Positions 35,361 to 48,975 of a stretch of DNA of 64,000 nucleotides are shown in pieces. The DNA comes from Octopus sinensis (lineage: Eukaryota). A program made the translations under genes and the position numbers. The stretch's first letter is position 1. Each line of letters opens with the position of its first letter. Below the pieces are notes generated by a model. The model was given only the letters and a program-made list of their open reading frames with translations. It searched no databases and was not told the origin of the DNA. The stretch is from the NCBI RefSeq assembly GCF_006345805.1, contig NC_042997.1:67022001-67086000 (forward strand), read 5' to 3'.

Positions 35361-36016
35361 TGCAGATGATCTCGTCTAGCAGCAATGACTGTTCGCTACT
35401 GACGAGCTCAAAGAGACACACATGTGCAAGCGATACCACCACTGGTGCTGGACGAGTTTTGCTTGTTATTGATATATTTATGTGTTTTTTAATACTGTAC
35501 ATCTATATGAGATTTTATCTCGGACCGAATACTACAGTTAACCTGGTTTTCTGTGATGTATATGCATTAAGTATGATACACAGATTGCTATTTTACACTA
35601 ATATAGTTTCTGATGCACATTACGGATGTGTATGTGTGCATGCATGTGTGAACACACACACACATATATATAAAGATATACATATATATATGTGTGTATA
35701 TGTGTATGTATGTGTGTGTATGCATGTGCTTTTGAGTGCATTTGTGTGTATGTATGTGCAGTGTATACTTACAAAATTACACAGGACTATATACTTACAG
35801 ACATACACACACAAATGTATATATCATATATATTTAAGAAGTTGCGCTGTCCTTTGAAGAGTAGCCAACAAAGTATGGAACATATCAAGGCTATCTCTTA
35901 ATAGCTCTTCATGCGAAGAGAACAAGACATATTCACATTTGTTCACTTTCTACAGTGTATGCGTTACTTTAGTCTAACTGCATTACTTCTGAATATCCTT
36001 GTTACTTATTTTGATG

Positions 36017-36085
<69 letters not shown>

Positions 36086-36508
36086 GTCATCATAAGGGCA
36101 TGCAAGGAACCTACCTGCTAGAAAGAAGAGTTAAAATCCTTATTTAAACCATCAATAACACTGAAAAATTCAGCAGAAAAACAACAGTGAGCGGGTGAAC
36201 GAGTTAAATAATTTGACACACCAAATACAGCTCAATGCTAAATATTTTGGTATTCAAATTTTAATTCCATAGCTATCTAATCATATTTAAGGCCTGCAAC
36301 CACCTATATTGTTGTTGTTATTATCAACTATTTATATTTACCGCAGATAATAATAGCAATAATGATATAAATATAAATATTCACTTCTGAATATTTAGTC
36401 CTTATATACGTATACATATACATATACGAGTGTATGTGTCTGTGTGTATGTATGTATGAATGTATGTATGTATGTATGTATGTATGTATGTATGTATGTA
36501 TGTATGTA

Positions 36509-36551
<43 letters not shown>

Positions 36552-36651
36552 NNNNNNNNNNNNNNNNNNNNNNNNNNNNNNNNNNNNNNNNNNNNNNNNN
36601 NNNNNNNNNNNNNNNNNNNNNNNNNNNNNNNNNNNNNNNNNNNNNNNNNNN
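36552..36651. other. Assembly gap (100 N) between (TA)n and (GTCT)n
   Basis: N run. Confidence 0.99.
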
Positions 36652-36684
<33 letters not shown>

Positions 36685-37392
36685 CAATCTCTTTCCTTAT
36701 CTGCTCCGCAACCAGTTTACGACGGGCACAGTATAAAAGCATTACCTTGTCTCGCAGGCACAGCATTGCGTGAGGAATGGAATAAAACAGGACATAGGAA
36801 GAGACCTCGTTCAGGAGGTTGACTACACTCTACAAAGAAAAAGAAAAGAAATCGAAAAGAGAGAAAAAAAAATCTGCAGGAAAAGGACTGTAATGGATAC
36901 TTCTTTACAACAAAAAAAAAAATGTAGGAAAAAAACAAACTAAGCTTGGTTGGATGGTTTGTAGATTGGTGTCTGCTCTATCACTTCATAGAAAATAAAA
37001 AATAAAATAAAAGGAAAGTAAGAACATTCACTGGATGGACCTGAAAGATTTTTCTAACATAGCTTTATAACTTGTATATTTTAACATCGTATTTTCTCCC
37101 TCGTGTTTTTTATTTTTAATTTAGTTTATGTTGCGTTGTTGACACTTATTTACCGTTATCTGAACCAAATTTTCCTATCGGAAGGAAGAAGAAAGAAGAG
37201 TTTTATTTAAAACAAGAATAAATAAATAAATTTTTTTTAAAATTAAAAAAAACAAAAAGTGGACGGAATAAAATGAGTGAAAATAAAATGAAATGAAAAA
37301 TAAAACTGATAAAGGATCAAGCAAAATGTTTACATATGAAAGAGCCGGGAAATATATGTGTGTGTGTACTTATATGGATATATACATATATG

Positions 37393-37441
<49 letters not shown>

Positions 37442-37483
37442 TATATATTATATGTATGTATGTAAATATATATATATATATAT

Positions 37484-37535
<52 letters not shown>

Positions 37536-37723
37536 TAGGTTTGGTGCATCGTGCATGCATATATGTTTGTATGCATATATACATACACGTACATACAGAT
37601 ATATATGTGAGTGTGTGTGAGTGTGTCTATGTTTGGTGGAACATACGTGCGCATACGTTTGTAAAATATGCGTGTGATGTATGTATGCATATATGTATAA
37701 ATAAATATACACACAACATGCAT

Positions 37724-38116
37724 AGGCGCAGGAGTGGCTGTGTGGTAAGTAGCTTGCTTACCAACCACATGGTTCGGGGTTCAGTCCCACTGCGTGGCAC
37801 CTTGGGCAAATGTTTTCTACTATAGCCTCGGGCCGACCAAAGCCTTGTGAGTGGATTTGGTAGACGGAAACTGAAAGAAGCCCGTCGTATATATGTATAT
37901 ATATGTATGTGCATGTATGTTTGTGTGTCTGTGTTTGTCCCCCTAGCATTGCTTGACATTGCTGGTGTGTTTATGTCCCCGTCACTTAGCGGTTCGACAA
38001 AAGAGACCGATAGAATAAGTACTGGGCTTACAAAGAATAAGTCCTGGGGTCGAGTTGCTCGACTAAAGGCGGTGCTCCAGCATGGCCGCAGTCAATGACT
38101 GAAACAAGTAAAAGAG
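37724..38116 (+). mobile_element. Full-length tRNA-derived CORE-like SINE
   Basis: ggcgcaggagtggctgtgtggtaag (A box), ggttcggggttcagtccc (B box), ccttgggcaaatgt (CORE-like), internal (TATG)n, tail gcatggccgcagtcaatgactgaaacaagtaaaaga. Confidence 0.9.
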
Positions 38117-38831
38117 TAAAAAGAGAGTATACATATATATACACACATACATATGCGTGTGTATATATATAATATATATATATATACACACCCCACGCAT
38201 ATATCTACATATGCGTGTATATATATATATAATATATATAATATATATATATATTATACATACATACACGCACGCATATATAGATATATATATATTAGAA
38301 ACATATATGCATTTACTTATACACCCATAAACAAACATACATACATAAACAAACAAACGTTACTTTTGTTGGTAGGGAAGGAAGTACTGTTGAACAGCAG
38401 TTCTTTCAATCTTCACCTGGCCAACTGTTATTTACAGAACATAGAATCTTTAACAATAATTTCTATGTTGTTTTATCTTTCTTTTCTTTTTTCCACTTAA
38501 TTATTTTTACAATTAATTACTGGTGTCTAGCTAGCAATTAATAAACAGATAAGCCAGTAATGGAGGCTGGGGAGAGAGAGAGAGAGAGAGAGAGAGAAAG
38601 GGAGGGGGAGAGAGGACATACCTGAATTGTCACATTATCCCATGCGAGAAATCTTTGCATCTAACGGTAGGAAGCAGTATGATATATCTGGAGTAATAAG
38701 ATCTGTGTGTGAGATCTTATCGTTTGGTTTTTGTGACGACTTTGTATTACTGTTATAAGATTAGTTGGTCTATTTGCCTGACCGAAGCTGACCTGGGGCT
38801 ATACTGCCGCAGTAGTAGCAACAACAAGAAA

Positions 38832-38862
<31 letters not shown>

Positions 38863-38864
38863 CA

Positions 38865-38892
<28 letters not shown>

Positions 38893-38895
<3 letters not shown>

Positions 38896-39415
38896 GGTGG
38901 CTGCCCCCTCGTTATCGAGTATGGCCATTGCACGACGCTTAATCAATGTTGTTATCGTGCAATGCCTGTGCAACAAGATTTTTTTTAAAGTGAGGAAAGG
39001 CTGTGCACTGAGACAATCCCACTCACTAAGCAACAGCAGCCATAATCTGAAATGAAGAACAAGTCAACATCATCGGTAACCACTGAGCCGCAGGTTTTAT
39101 GTCGGAGTTATCCCAGTTACCTGAGTTACCTTCTCCTAGAAGGATGCCGACAAAGGCTAGGAGTCCTTCACTCCCAATGGTTTAACCGCGCGATCGGGTA
39201 TTCAGTCGCGATTATTTCTATGTCCCCCGCGCATGATACAGCCTTAAGACATTTATGGATGGCCGTTGAATCTCAAGAGTTCCTCCGCCCTTTGACTGGT
39301 TTTGTTTTTCATCACGCTTGGTGGGGTTGCCGGTTTAGTCCCCGACGATCCGACCATGCAACAGGTTGTACTGGGTTACATGTTACCAGTAGCACTTGAA
39401 AGTGACCTGACTAAA
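38893..39415 (-). mobile_element. Non-autonomous RTE-like bipartite element (5' UTR joined to 3' end) inside (TATG)n
   Basis: Minus strand contains the RTE-type 5' UTR motif ggcatccttctaggagaaggtaactc and ends gtcgtgcaatggccatactcgataacgagggggcagccacc(atat)(gtat)n; no ORF. Its 5' part recurs at 43505-43685 (+). Confidence 0.6.
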
Positions 39416-39694
39416 CATACATACATACATACATGCACACACGAATACATACATACATACATACATACATACATACATACATACATACATACATACATAC
39501 AAACAAAAATACTCTGTTGATGTTGAAATTCCAAGGTGTCTTGGATCTAGGTTAGAAACAAACTCTTTCTCTATTGGCAAGAAATCTTGAATAAAACTGA
39601 ATAATGACATACATGCATACATACATACATACATACATACACACATACATACATACATACATACGTACGTACATACATATATACATACATACAT

Positions 39695-40110
39695 ATTCTT
39701 TTATTCTTTCATTCTTTTACTTGTTTCAATCTTTTGGACTACGGCCATGCTGGGGCACCACCTTGAAGGGTTTCAGTCGAATGAACCAACCCAGTACTTA
39801 TCTTTTGAAAGCCTGGTACTTATTCTATTGGTCCCTTTTTCCCGAATCTCTAGATTACAGAGACGTAAACAAACCAATTCCAGTTGTCAAGCGGTAGTGG
39901 GTGACAAGCACACTCTTCCCCTTCTCTCTCCCCCCCCCCCCACACACATACATATATACGACAAGGTTTCAGTTTCCGTTTACCTAATTCACTCACAAGG
40001 CTTTAGTCGGCTCGAGGCTGTAACAAAAGACACCTGCCCAAGGTGTCTTTTGTTGGTGGTGCTAAGGTGACAGAACCCGGATTCGTGTGGTAGAGAAGCA
40101 AACTTTTAAC

Positions 40111-40112
<2 letters not shown>
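39695..40112 (-). mobile_element. CORE-like SINE, degenerate near full-length copy
   Basis: Matches 37724-38116 in reverse. Confidence 0.8.
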
Positions 40113-40141
<29 letters not shown>

Positions 40142-40269
40142 CACACACACACACACACACACATACACACACAAACACACACACAAGCACACACACACAC
40201 CATACACACAAACACACAATAAATTTAGAACAGCTAGTATTTTCACTTGCTCCATCAACATCAAAGCAC

Positions 40270-42080
40270 CTGCATCATCTCCACCACCACCACCACTACC
40301 ACCACCACCACTACTTCTCTCATTACCACTACCATTCACACAACCACCAATACATGCATCACCAACATGAATTCCGACGCCACAATCTTCCTTATCGATT
40401 ACGTGTTCCCAGTACCACTCACCCTACTATTAATAATACAACCACCACCACCACCACGCCCGAAGGAAAAAGCATAAGGTAGCATGTCCACAAGTTGTTT
40501 ATTGATCTTATTTATTATCTGCTGGAACAAGGATGACCTAGGGCTAAAAAACAATAATTGTAACAACACTTATCGCAATCATTACTGTCACCACCACCAC
40601 CATCACTACCACCGCCGTCACTATCATCATTACCATCGTCACCATCACCATCGCCATCAACACCATCACCACCACCACCACCACCACCACCACCACCAGC
40701 AGCAGTGATGATAATGAGATAACTTATAACATGGACATATGGCGTGCAAGAAATAGAAGTCAAACCTCCCTCAAAACACATCTCCCTCTCAGTCCTGAAT
40801 AGGAATGGAAAATTTCACATTATGTAAATCATGTAGGCCTAGATACGCCTTTAAAGGCAGGGTTGTCACATCTGGAACGTCTTTGATAATAGGTTCGCTC
40901 AATCAGGACTGTGATACAGTGTTAAACAACAACAACAACAATCAATCAATCAATCAATCAATTTATCAATGAATCGGTCGATCAGTTTATCAATATGATC
41001 GGCTTTATTATCATCCAATATTTATAAGTTTAATAAATATTCACATCACCTCTCCTATCACTGATCCCAATATCATTAATACTACCGCCGCTAAAGTCAC
41101 ATTTCTCACTAGCATCCTACCCACCCCACAACAACAACTAGTATAACCAGTTCCAACCACTGTACAGCCGGAATCACCAATACCATACCCAAATATAACT
41201 AAAACTACGGCCATTATTGCCGTTGCCGCCCCCAACATCAACATCACCACCATCACCACCACCATCATCACAACCATTATTACTACCGCCACCACCACCA
41301 CCATGCACATTAATCTAACATTACTACGTCGGTCTCATTACTGACACTGTCACGAACATCACCACTGCCACTGTTACCATCATGATCTCCCATCACTCTT
41401 TAAAGAAACTCTCATCACCACCACCACCACCATCACCAGCAACAAGCTATGCCATTTCCATTTAACTTGGCTCCCACCACAAAGATTTCTCACACACCAC
41501 TTCTCACTCTCAGGTGGTGATTTTTAAAACAAAATCACCACCAGCTGGTACTTTACTTTATCGGACCCCGCCCCGAAAAAAAAATGGAAGATAAAGCCAA
41601 CCTCGGTGGAATTTGAACCCAGAACGTAATGATCCGGAAGACCATGCTGCTTAGCAATTCAAGTCCGGCGTGCTAACGAACACGCTAGTTCGCCACCGCC
41701 TTCCTCATCACTACTGATACATACATCATCACCACCGCCGCCGCTGCCGCCACCACCGCCACCGCCGCCGCCACCACCGTCGCCGCAACCGCAGCCGCCA
41801 CACCACCACTACCACCATCACAATTACTATATTCATTCTTACTGTCACATTCTCCGCCGCCATTACCATCACTACTACTATAACCATCACTCCCGTCATA
41901 GTCATTATCACCACCACCACCACCACCACCATAACAACTGCATCCATCACCACCAACACTTTACTCCCAAATTCCCCGCCGCCGCCACCATCAGAACCGT
42001 CACTACAGCCTTATCCACCACTACCTCCACCACCACCACATCCATCAGTATCACCATATTCACCACTACCACCATCACTA
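40270..42080. repeat. Low-complexity (CAC/CAT)n-rich tract
   Basis: Directly visible; source of the poly-H, poly-T and poly-V pseudo-ORFs. Confidence 0.85.
41500..41703 (-). mobile_element. Meta-domain SINE, degenerate
   Basis: Minus strand: aggcggtggcgaactagcgtgttcgttagcacgccgg...gggttcaaattccaccgaggttggcttt. Confidence 0.7.
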
Positions 42081-42580
42081 CCATTTGGAAACGTTATTTA
42101 CTGCTAGTAGAAGCCATCCATATACCAAGATGTTTCTATTCGATATTAACATCACTAATGACCACCAAATGAGAATTAATTCATCTAACATGAACGCTAC
42201 CCCTGAAGAACTCTGCCTTGACGTTCAATCAAGTACAGACTACCATCTATACAGTAAGTTATAACTGTTTTCTATACTTATCACTAAACTAAACACATAG
42301 ACACACACGCAGACACATACACGCACAGGTACAGACAAAGATATAAATATACACACAAGCTTAAATACACAAACATGAACACACATATACACGAACATAT
42401 ACACATATACACATCACATTACGTTACGCTAAGCTTCATTTTCCACGCAGGTAAAGCATGCTATGCACAGGTACAACACGCTACAGTGACAAATACGCAC
42501 TGCATTAAGCACATTCTGCTACATGCGTTCTGTATTACTCAATCACACACATACACACTGCGCTATAGTCACGCACGCAA

Positions 42581-42652
<72 letters not shown>

Positions 42653-42726
42653 ACACACAATCATACGCAAACATTCTGATTTCAAATCTTACCTTTCAGC
42701 CTTTGTGATCGATGAAATAAGCAGTG

Positions 42727-42757
<31 letters not shown>

Positions 42758-42922
42758 GGGAGAATTCACAAAAAAAAACAAAAAAAAAGCAAAGCAAAAG
42801 ACGAAGACAGGTGGTGTAGACAACAAACAGTGAAAAAGTCTTTAACGTTTCGAGCCTACACTGGACTCCTCTGTATATACATACATACATACATGCATAC
42901 ATACATACATGCATACACATAC

Positions 42923-42982
<60 letters not shown>

Positions 42983-43037
42983 TATATTATATATATATAT
43001 AATCGGCATATTACACACACCCACACACACTCATATA

Positions 43038-43437
43038 TAGGTGTAGGCGTAGCTGTGTAGTAAGAAGCTTGCTTCCCAACCTCAAGGTTCCGGGTTCAGC
43101 CCCGCTGCGTGGTACCTTGGGTAAGTGCCTTCTACTATAGTCCCGGGCCGACCAAAGCCTTGTGAGTGGATTTAGAAGACAGAAAATGAAAGAAGCTCGT
43201 TATATATATGCATATATTTACGTGTGTGTTTATGTCTGTTTGTCTCACCCTTCCGCCATCGCTTAACCGATGTTGGTGTGTTTACGTCCCCGAACTTAGC
43301 GGTTTGGCAGAAGAAACCGATAGAATAAGCAACAAGCTTACAAAGAATAAGTCCAGGAGTTGATTTCTTCGGCTAAAAGGCAGTGCTCCATTATGGCCAC
43401 AGTCAATTCACTGAAACAAGCAAAAGAATAAAAGAAT
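43038..43437 (+). mobile_element. CORE-like SINE, full-length
   Basis: ggtgtaggcgtagctgtgtagtaag...ccttgggtaagtg...cactgaaacaagcaaaagaataaaaga. Confidence 0.85.
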
Positions 43438-43443
43438 ATATAC

Positions 43444-43474
<31 letters not shown>

Positions 43475-43687
43475 TGTATGTATGTATGCATGTATGTATA
43501 TATATTGTCAGGTCGCTCTTGAGTGCTACTGGTAACATGGAATCCAGTACAACCTGTCGCATGGTCGGGTCGTCGGCGACTAAACTGCCAACCCCACCAG
43601 GCTTGCTTGGTGAGGAGGATGTTGTTGGACACCCTGCAGGATGAAAAATAAGACCTGTCAAAGGTGGATAAACTCCTGAATAGTCAA

Positions 43688-44182
43688 TTTTTTTTTATCA
43701 ACCATGAGGTTGAGAAAAAGAGGGGACGATACAAGGACAGACAAAACAAATATTGGGGTCAGGGGATCGAATGAGACGAAACGTATGAATAAACAATTAA
43801 AATATATATACAATTAAATGAGAATGAGTAATTTACAAAAAATGAAGCAGAGGACACGGTCGACTCTACAAACCAACATACTCACACTGAAGACTTTGCT
43901 TTGCCCTTTTTTTGCTCTCGTTTAGACAGGTTCTTTCACTAGCAACATACTTGCTACAGACTTCCATTTTTTACGAAACACTTTGCGACAGGCATTTCTT
44001 CTCCAGCCTTATTTTCCGTTCCATGTGGAAAACGAAAAAGTCGATTAACTTGAGACTGGAGATGAACATGCCTGTTGCAATTCCTTTCACTCTCGTCTTC
44101 CATACTACCTCTTTCGCAACAGTAACTACCGAGAGAAAACAGGCTCGCTCCTCCCTATTCAGGGAGGTAGTCAACGGCCATC
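43688..44182 (-). mobile_element. Tx1/L1-clade LINE, copy 3 (3' end only)
   Basis: SLNREERACFLSVVTVAKEVVWKTRVKGIATGMFISSLKLIDFFVFHMERKIRLEKKCL aligns with the C-terminus of the 17771-19489 ORF; the 3' UTR ends tcaacctcatggttgataaaaaaaa. Confidence 0.85.
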
Positions 44183-44243
44183 CAACAAAATGTCTGTAAA
44201 TATGTATATACCTTTTTTATATGTGTATATGTATATTTTATCT

Positions 44244-44300
<57 letters not shown>

Positions 44301-44468
44301 ATATATATATATAGATATATATATATATATATATTTTATGTCTTTTAATTGCATATCTTTTACTTTTCTTTATACAAATTTATTTATATGTAATTCTTAT
44401 TCACACATCGCACCTTTAATTTTTTTTATTTGTATTTTTTTTATATGTATATATATATATATATATAT

Positions 44469-44504
<36 letters not shown>

Positions 44505-44519
44505 ACATATATATACTTA

Positions 44520-47500
44520 GAGCCCGATTCCTGAAAACGTGGCTAACGAGGCTCTGGTATGGAAAGTCCTCAACGGCGGATCTGTTCCTAGTGAAGGCGG
44601 ACGAGGGCGGTGCCATGCAAGCTAGCTATAAAGGCGGACTATGAAAAACTAGAGTTCCAGCAGCTTGCCGCAGGAAGCCTACGAACAAGACCAAACAGGC
44701 TGGTCCCAAGAGGGAGCATAGGACCTTATCCACCAACTCCGGCAGCTTGTTGCAGCAGAAGACAAGGGTCAATCGTCTCGAGACTCCTCTTGCCATGGAA
44801 CCCCGCCTCGCCTTTTGTCAAGTGCTCGCTGCTGAGAACTGTGCATCCTCTCCAGCACCTTAAACTTTTCACAGTACAAACTTCGCCTTTCATCCTTCAT
44901 TCTCTTTCATCCTCTCTGTAAGTCCTGCGGCGATGGAATCATCTGGTGACGGGGGCAGACTAGGATGTAGCTGGATGCCTCTAGTTGGTGTCCCGTTGTT
45001 GAATGAGCCTCTGGGATGCCTCGTTTGCATGGGTTTGGTTTCGCAATCAAGAACAGCCTATTGCAGAAAATTTTTGGAGTATCCTCCTGTATCATTGAGC
45101 GCCTGATGACAATCAAAATCCCACTTTTGAACAAATGTCTTCTGAGAATTCTCAGCGTTTATGGACCAACTCTCGACTCTGATGAACAGATAAAGGACGC
45201 CTTCTATGATTCTCTGCATACTGCGTTTCGGAACATCTCCCGATCGGACAAGATCGTACTCATGGGTGACTTCAGCTCCCGTGTTGGGTGTGGAATTACC
45301 GCCTGGCAAGAGATCCTCGGTCTTCACAACACAGGGAAACTGAACGCTAATGGACAGAGTCTACTCACATTCTGCTCCGAGTATGGCCTTTGCATCACTG
45401 ACACCCTCTTCCAACAGCGAGACATTTACAAGAAGTCATGGATGCACCCGCGTTCCAAAAAGTGGCATCTCCTAGACTACATCATTGTCCGTCGTCAAGA
45501 TATGGGCGATGTCCTCCATACTCGCGCAATGCGTGGAGCAGATTGCTGGACGGACCACAACCTTATGCGCGCCAAGCTTAGAATCAACATTCGACTCCCT
45601 AGACGAAAATCGACAGCATCAAAACGACTGAACACCACGAAACTATCCTGATAATCGTGGCCTCTTTCAAGATCAGCTTGCCATCAAATTGGATACTCTC
45701 CCACTCCCCGATCCTACCTCGGTAAACCAAGAGGAGCTAGATGATATATAGGACAAACATGTCTCCCTGATCTCGGTCGCAACCGAACAACTAGGACATA
45801 CCAAACGTCGCAATCCTGACTGGTTTGATGAATCTGCTGATGAGATCCTCCCTCTTCTCAGAAGTAAAAATTGGGCTCATGATGCCTACCTCTCGAGCAG
45901 GTCCAATGCACACCTCCAGAATTGGAAAGATCTTCGCTCTGAATGCCAAAGCAGACTTAGGCAGATTCAGAACAACACTTGGTGGAAGGACAAAGCTGCA
46001 GAAATTCAACGTTTTGCGGATGAAAATAAGATCTACGAGTTCTACACTGTAACCAAATCCATATACGGTCCGTCCTCCAATCATATCAATCCGATATGAT
46101 CTTCAGACGGCAACATTCTCTACAAGGAAAAGACCCAGATCCGTGACTTATGGGCAGAACACTTCAATTCCTTGTTGAACAAGATAAATCCTGCAGACAC
46201 CACACTGATTGATGAGCCCCCTGTCATCTCCCTCCTCTCTCTGAGCTGGATACGGAACCCTCCCTCATGGAAATCCGTACAGCTCTCTCCTACTTAAAAA
46301 GAAATGACCTGGATCAGATGTGTATCGGGGGAGATCTATAAATATGGTGGTCCTGCTCTTGCCCAGCGTCTTCATCAGATTATCCTCTACTGTTGGAAAA
46401 GTGTCTTGATCCCTCAACGCTGGAAACATGCAGACATAATCACCATCTTCAAGAAGGGAGATCGCTCAGACTGCAACAACAGCAGAGGTATTTCTCTCCT
46501 GGATGTCGCAAGAAAGGTCTTGGCACGCGTCCTGCTCTCTCGACTTCTTGGCCACTTCGTTGAAGGAATCCTCCAAGAGTCTCAATGCAGTTTTAGAGCT
46601 AAGCGTAGCACTATCGGCATTGTCTTCGTCTCCAGCCTCCTGTTAGAGAAGTGCCGAGAACAACAGTGTGATGCCTCGTTTGCCTTTATTGACCCAATGC
46701 TTTTGATGCTATTAGTCGCCCACTACTATGGTATGTCCTGCAGAGCTATGGATGCCCTCCTAAGCTTCTTTCAATGCTACGCCAGTCTCATGACGGCATG
46801 CAAGCACGTGTGACATTGGGTGGTGACCAGTCTGACTACTTAAACGTTCAAGTCAGTGTTAAACAAGGTTGCATCCTGGCCCCTGTCCTCTTCAATGTAT
46901 TCCTTGTGGCTATGACCTTACTATCTCGCTACGACCTCAAACCCGAAGATGGCATCCCAATTCGATATCGCCACGATAGTAGTCTCTTCAACTTGAGAGG
47001 ACTAAAATCCCTGACAAAGACTCAGTCCACCACTCTCTTCGAATTACAGTATGCCGATGACTGCGAAGTTCTCGCCCACGAACCTAGACGTTCTGTGCAA
47101 CGCCTATCGTCGGGCTGGACTCCAGGTCAACACCAAGAAAACAGAGATCCTTCAACGCTCCAAAAATGGCTCATCCCCTGTGACTCTTTCGATCCAAGAC
47201 AACCAGCTAAAGAACATCGAGAAACTCACCTATTTGGGTAGCATCATCTGAAGCAATGGAGTCATTGACCACGAAATTCAGAATCGCATCCACCTTGCCT
47301 CCTCCGCTTTTGGACGTCTCAAGGATAGGGTTTTCCTTAATCGTGAATCTCTCCACGAAAATCGAGGTTTATCGTGCTGTTGTGGTTTCCACGTTTCTGT
47401 ATGCTTCAGAAACCTGGACACTTTATCATCATCATGTCAAACTTCTCGAATCCTTTCATATCCTCTGTCTCCAGCGCATTCTTAATCTGACCTGGAAGGA

Positions 47501-48040
47501 CAAGATCCCACATACGGAGATCCTGAGACGAGCGAATTTGACCAGTATCGAATGCGTGATCCTCGAACGTCAACTGCGTTAGGTGGGGCATGTTATCAGG
47601 ATGGCAGAAAACCATATACCCAAGATTGTCCTTTTCGAGGAGTTAGCAGAGGGTAACCGACCGCACGGAGGTCCAAAGAAGCGATATAAAGATCATCCAA
47701 AGAAATCCCTAAAGCTCTGCAAGATCCCCCCTGGTGAACTTCAAACACTGGCCACAGGCCGTACAACATGGAGGGATATGGTCAAAACTGGTACGCAGCA
47801 TTTTGAGGATGAGCGGACTAGGTTTCGCAAAGAAAAATGGAGACAGCTCAAGGAATGTCAGCAAAATCCTAGACGAACTTCGTCTTTGTTGGAGCCCTCT
47901 TCGCTGCTCTCATTGTAATCGGACATGTGCCTCCAGAATTGGCCTTTTCAGCCACGAGAGGGTATGCCAACGCCATCAAGACAACCCCTAAGGATGAAAG
48001 ACGACGTCATCTATCAAGATGGACTGCCTTAAGCAAAGCA
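44520..48040 (+). mobile_element. RTE-clade (RTE-BovB-like) LINE, near full-length, disrupted
   Basis: APE motifs (GFAIK, SVYGPT, LMGDF, WMHPRSKKWHLLDYIIVR, CWTDH); RT motifs (IFKKGDRSDCNNSRGISLL, VKQGCILAPVLF, LQYADD); C-terminal CSHCNRTCASRIGLFSHERVC. Many stops and frameshifts. The 5' boundary is approximate. Confidence 0.92.
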
Positions 48041-48183
48041 ACATGTATATATGTATGTATGCCTGTATATATGTCTGTATGTATAAATATATATGAATAT
48101 ATGTATACATATATATGTAAATGTATCTATGTGTATGTATATGCATATATATATATATATATGTTATATGTATATATGTATGA

Positions 48184-48222
<39 letters not shown>

Positions 48223-48272
48223 CTATCTATCTACTAATCTCTTTCTCTCTCTCCCTTATGTATATATCGTTA

Positions 48273-48311
<39 letters not shown>

Positions 48312-48317
<6 letters not shown>

Positions 48318-48975
48318 CTTAAATAACTTAGAAAGGTTTTGCCAGTATTGGCCCAGGCCATGTCTAACTTAATAGCACCACCTGGCGAAGTCTTTCAATT
48401 CAGGATTTGGGCACCAAGGCCCATTCGAGCAGGGAGTTATTGTTTGCAGAGACATATCCGGGTGTGGGTGGTTTGTCCGGGACTGTTTGAAGGAATTTGT
48501 CCAAAGACTTCTTGAATTTTGTGTGGTCAGTTTCTGTTTTGACGTGTCCTGGTGTAATTTTGAACAGAGTGGGTCCAATTGAGGTGAAATAATTGTGCCG
48601 TATTGTTGTTATGAGATGCGATTTAGATTTTTGTTGTGGACGGATGGCACGGGATCCAAGTCTTGGATGTATTTTGAAGGTGATGCCAACATCATTTGGA
48701 CAGTGCTGATGGAATATTTTCCACATCATACAGATAATGTAACGTTCACGGCGTCGTTGGCGTGAATACAGTTTATGCTTTTCTAGTCGACCCCCGTAGT
48801 CGAGGTCTGACATGCCATCTATCTTTTTCGTGATTGACCTTTGGGGAGCTTCAATATTCATAATATTCTGTTTAGTATAGGAGACCACAGTGGACAGCAG
48901 TATTCAAGGTGGGGTATCATATGTGTGTGTATGTTCTCTTCTATTTGTAAGGATGGTGTTAGTTTCTAATGGACG
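48312..48975 (-). mobile_element. CR1-clade LINE 3' fragment with (TAAGTTATT)n tail
   Basis: IEAPQRSITKKIDGMSDLDYGGRLEKHKLYSRQRRRERY...FKKSLDKFLQTVPDKPPTPGY. Confidence 0.8.

Noticed and set aside
37724-37800. tRNA gene-like A/B boxes (also at 6580-6650, 16258-16325, 43038-43110 and 53398-53465)
   Set aside because: They are SINE heads: each continues into a shared SINE body and no complete cloverleaf was found.
40270-42080. His/Thr-rich or Val-rich protein
   Set aside because: Low-complexity (CAC)n DNA gives short ORFs in every frame and is interrupted by a SINE.
42838-42875. Hammerhead remnant (minus strand: cagaggagtccagtgtaggctcgaaacgttaaag)
   Set aside because: The 5' core and helix I are replaced by microsatellite, and helix II does not pair cleanly.
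44695-44730. Twister-like GGTCCCAAG in the RTE leader
   Set aside because: The remaining twister elements (GCCCGG pairing, pseudoknots, UAA site) are absent.
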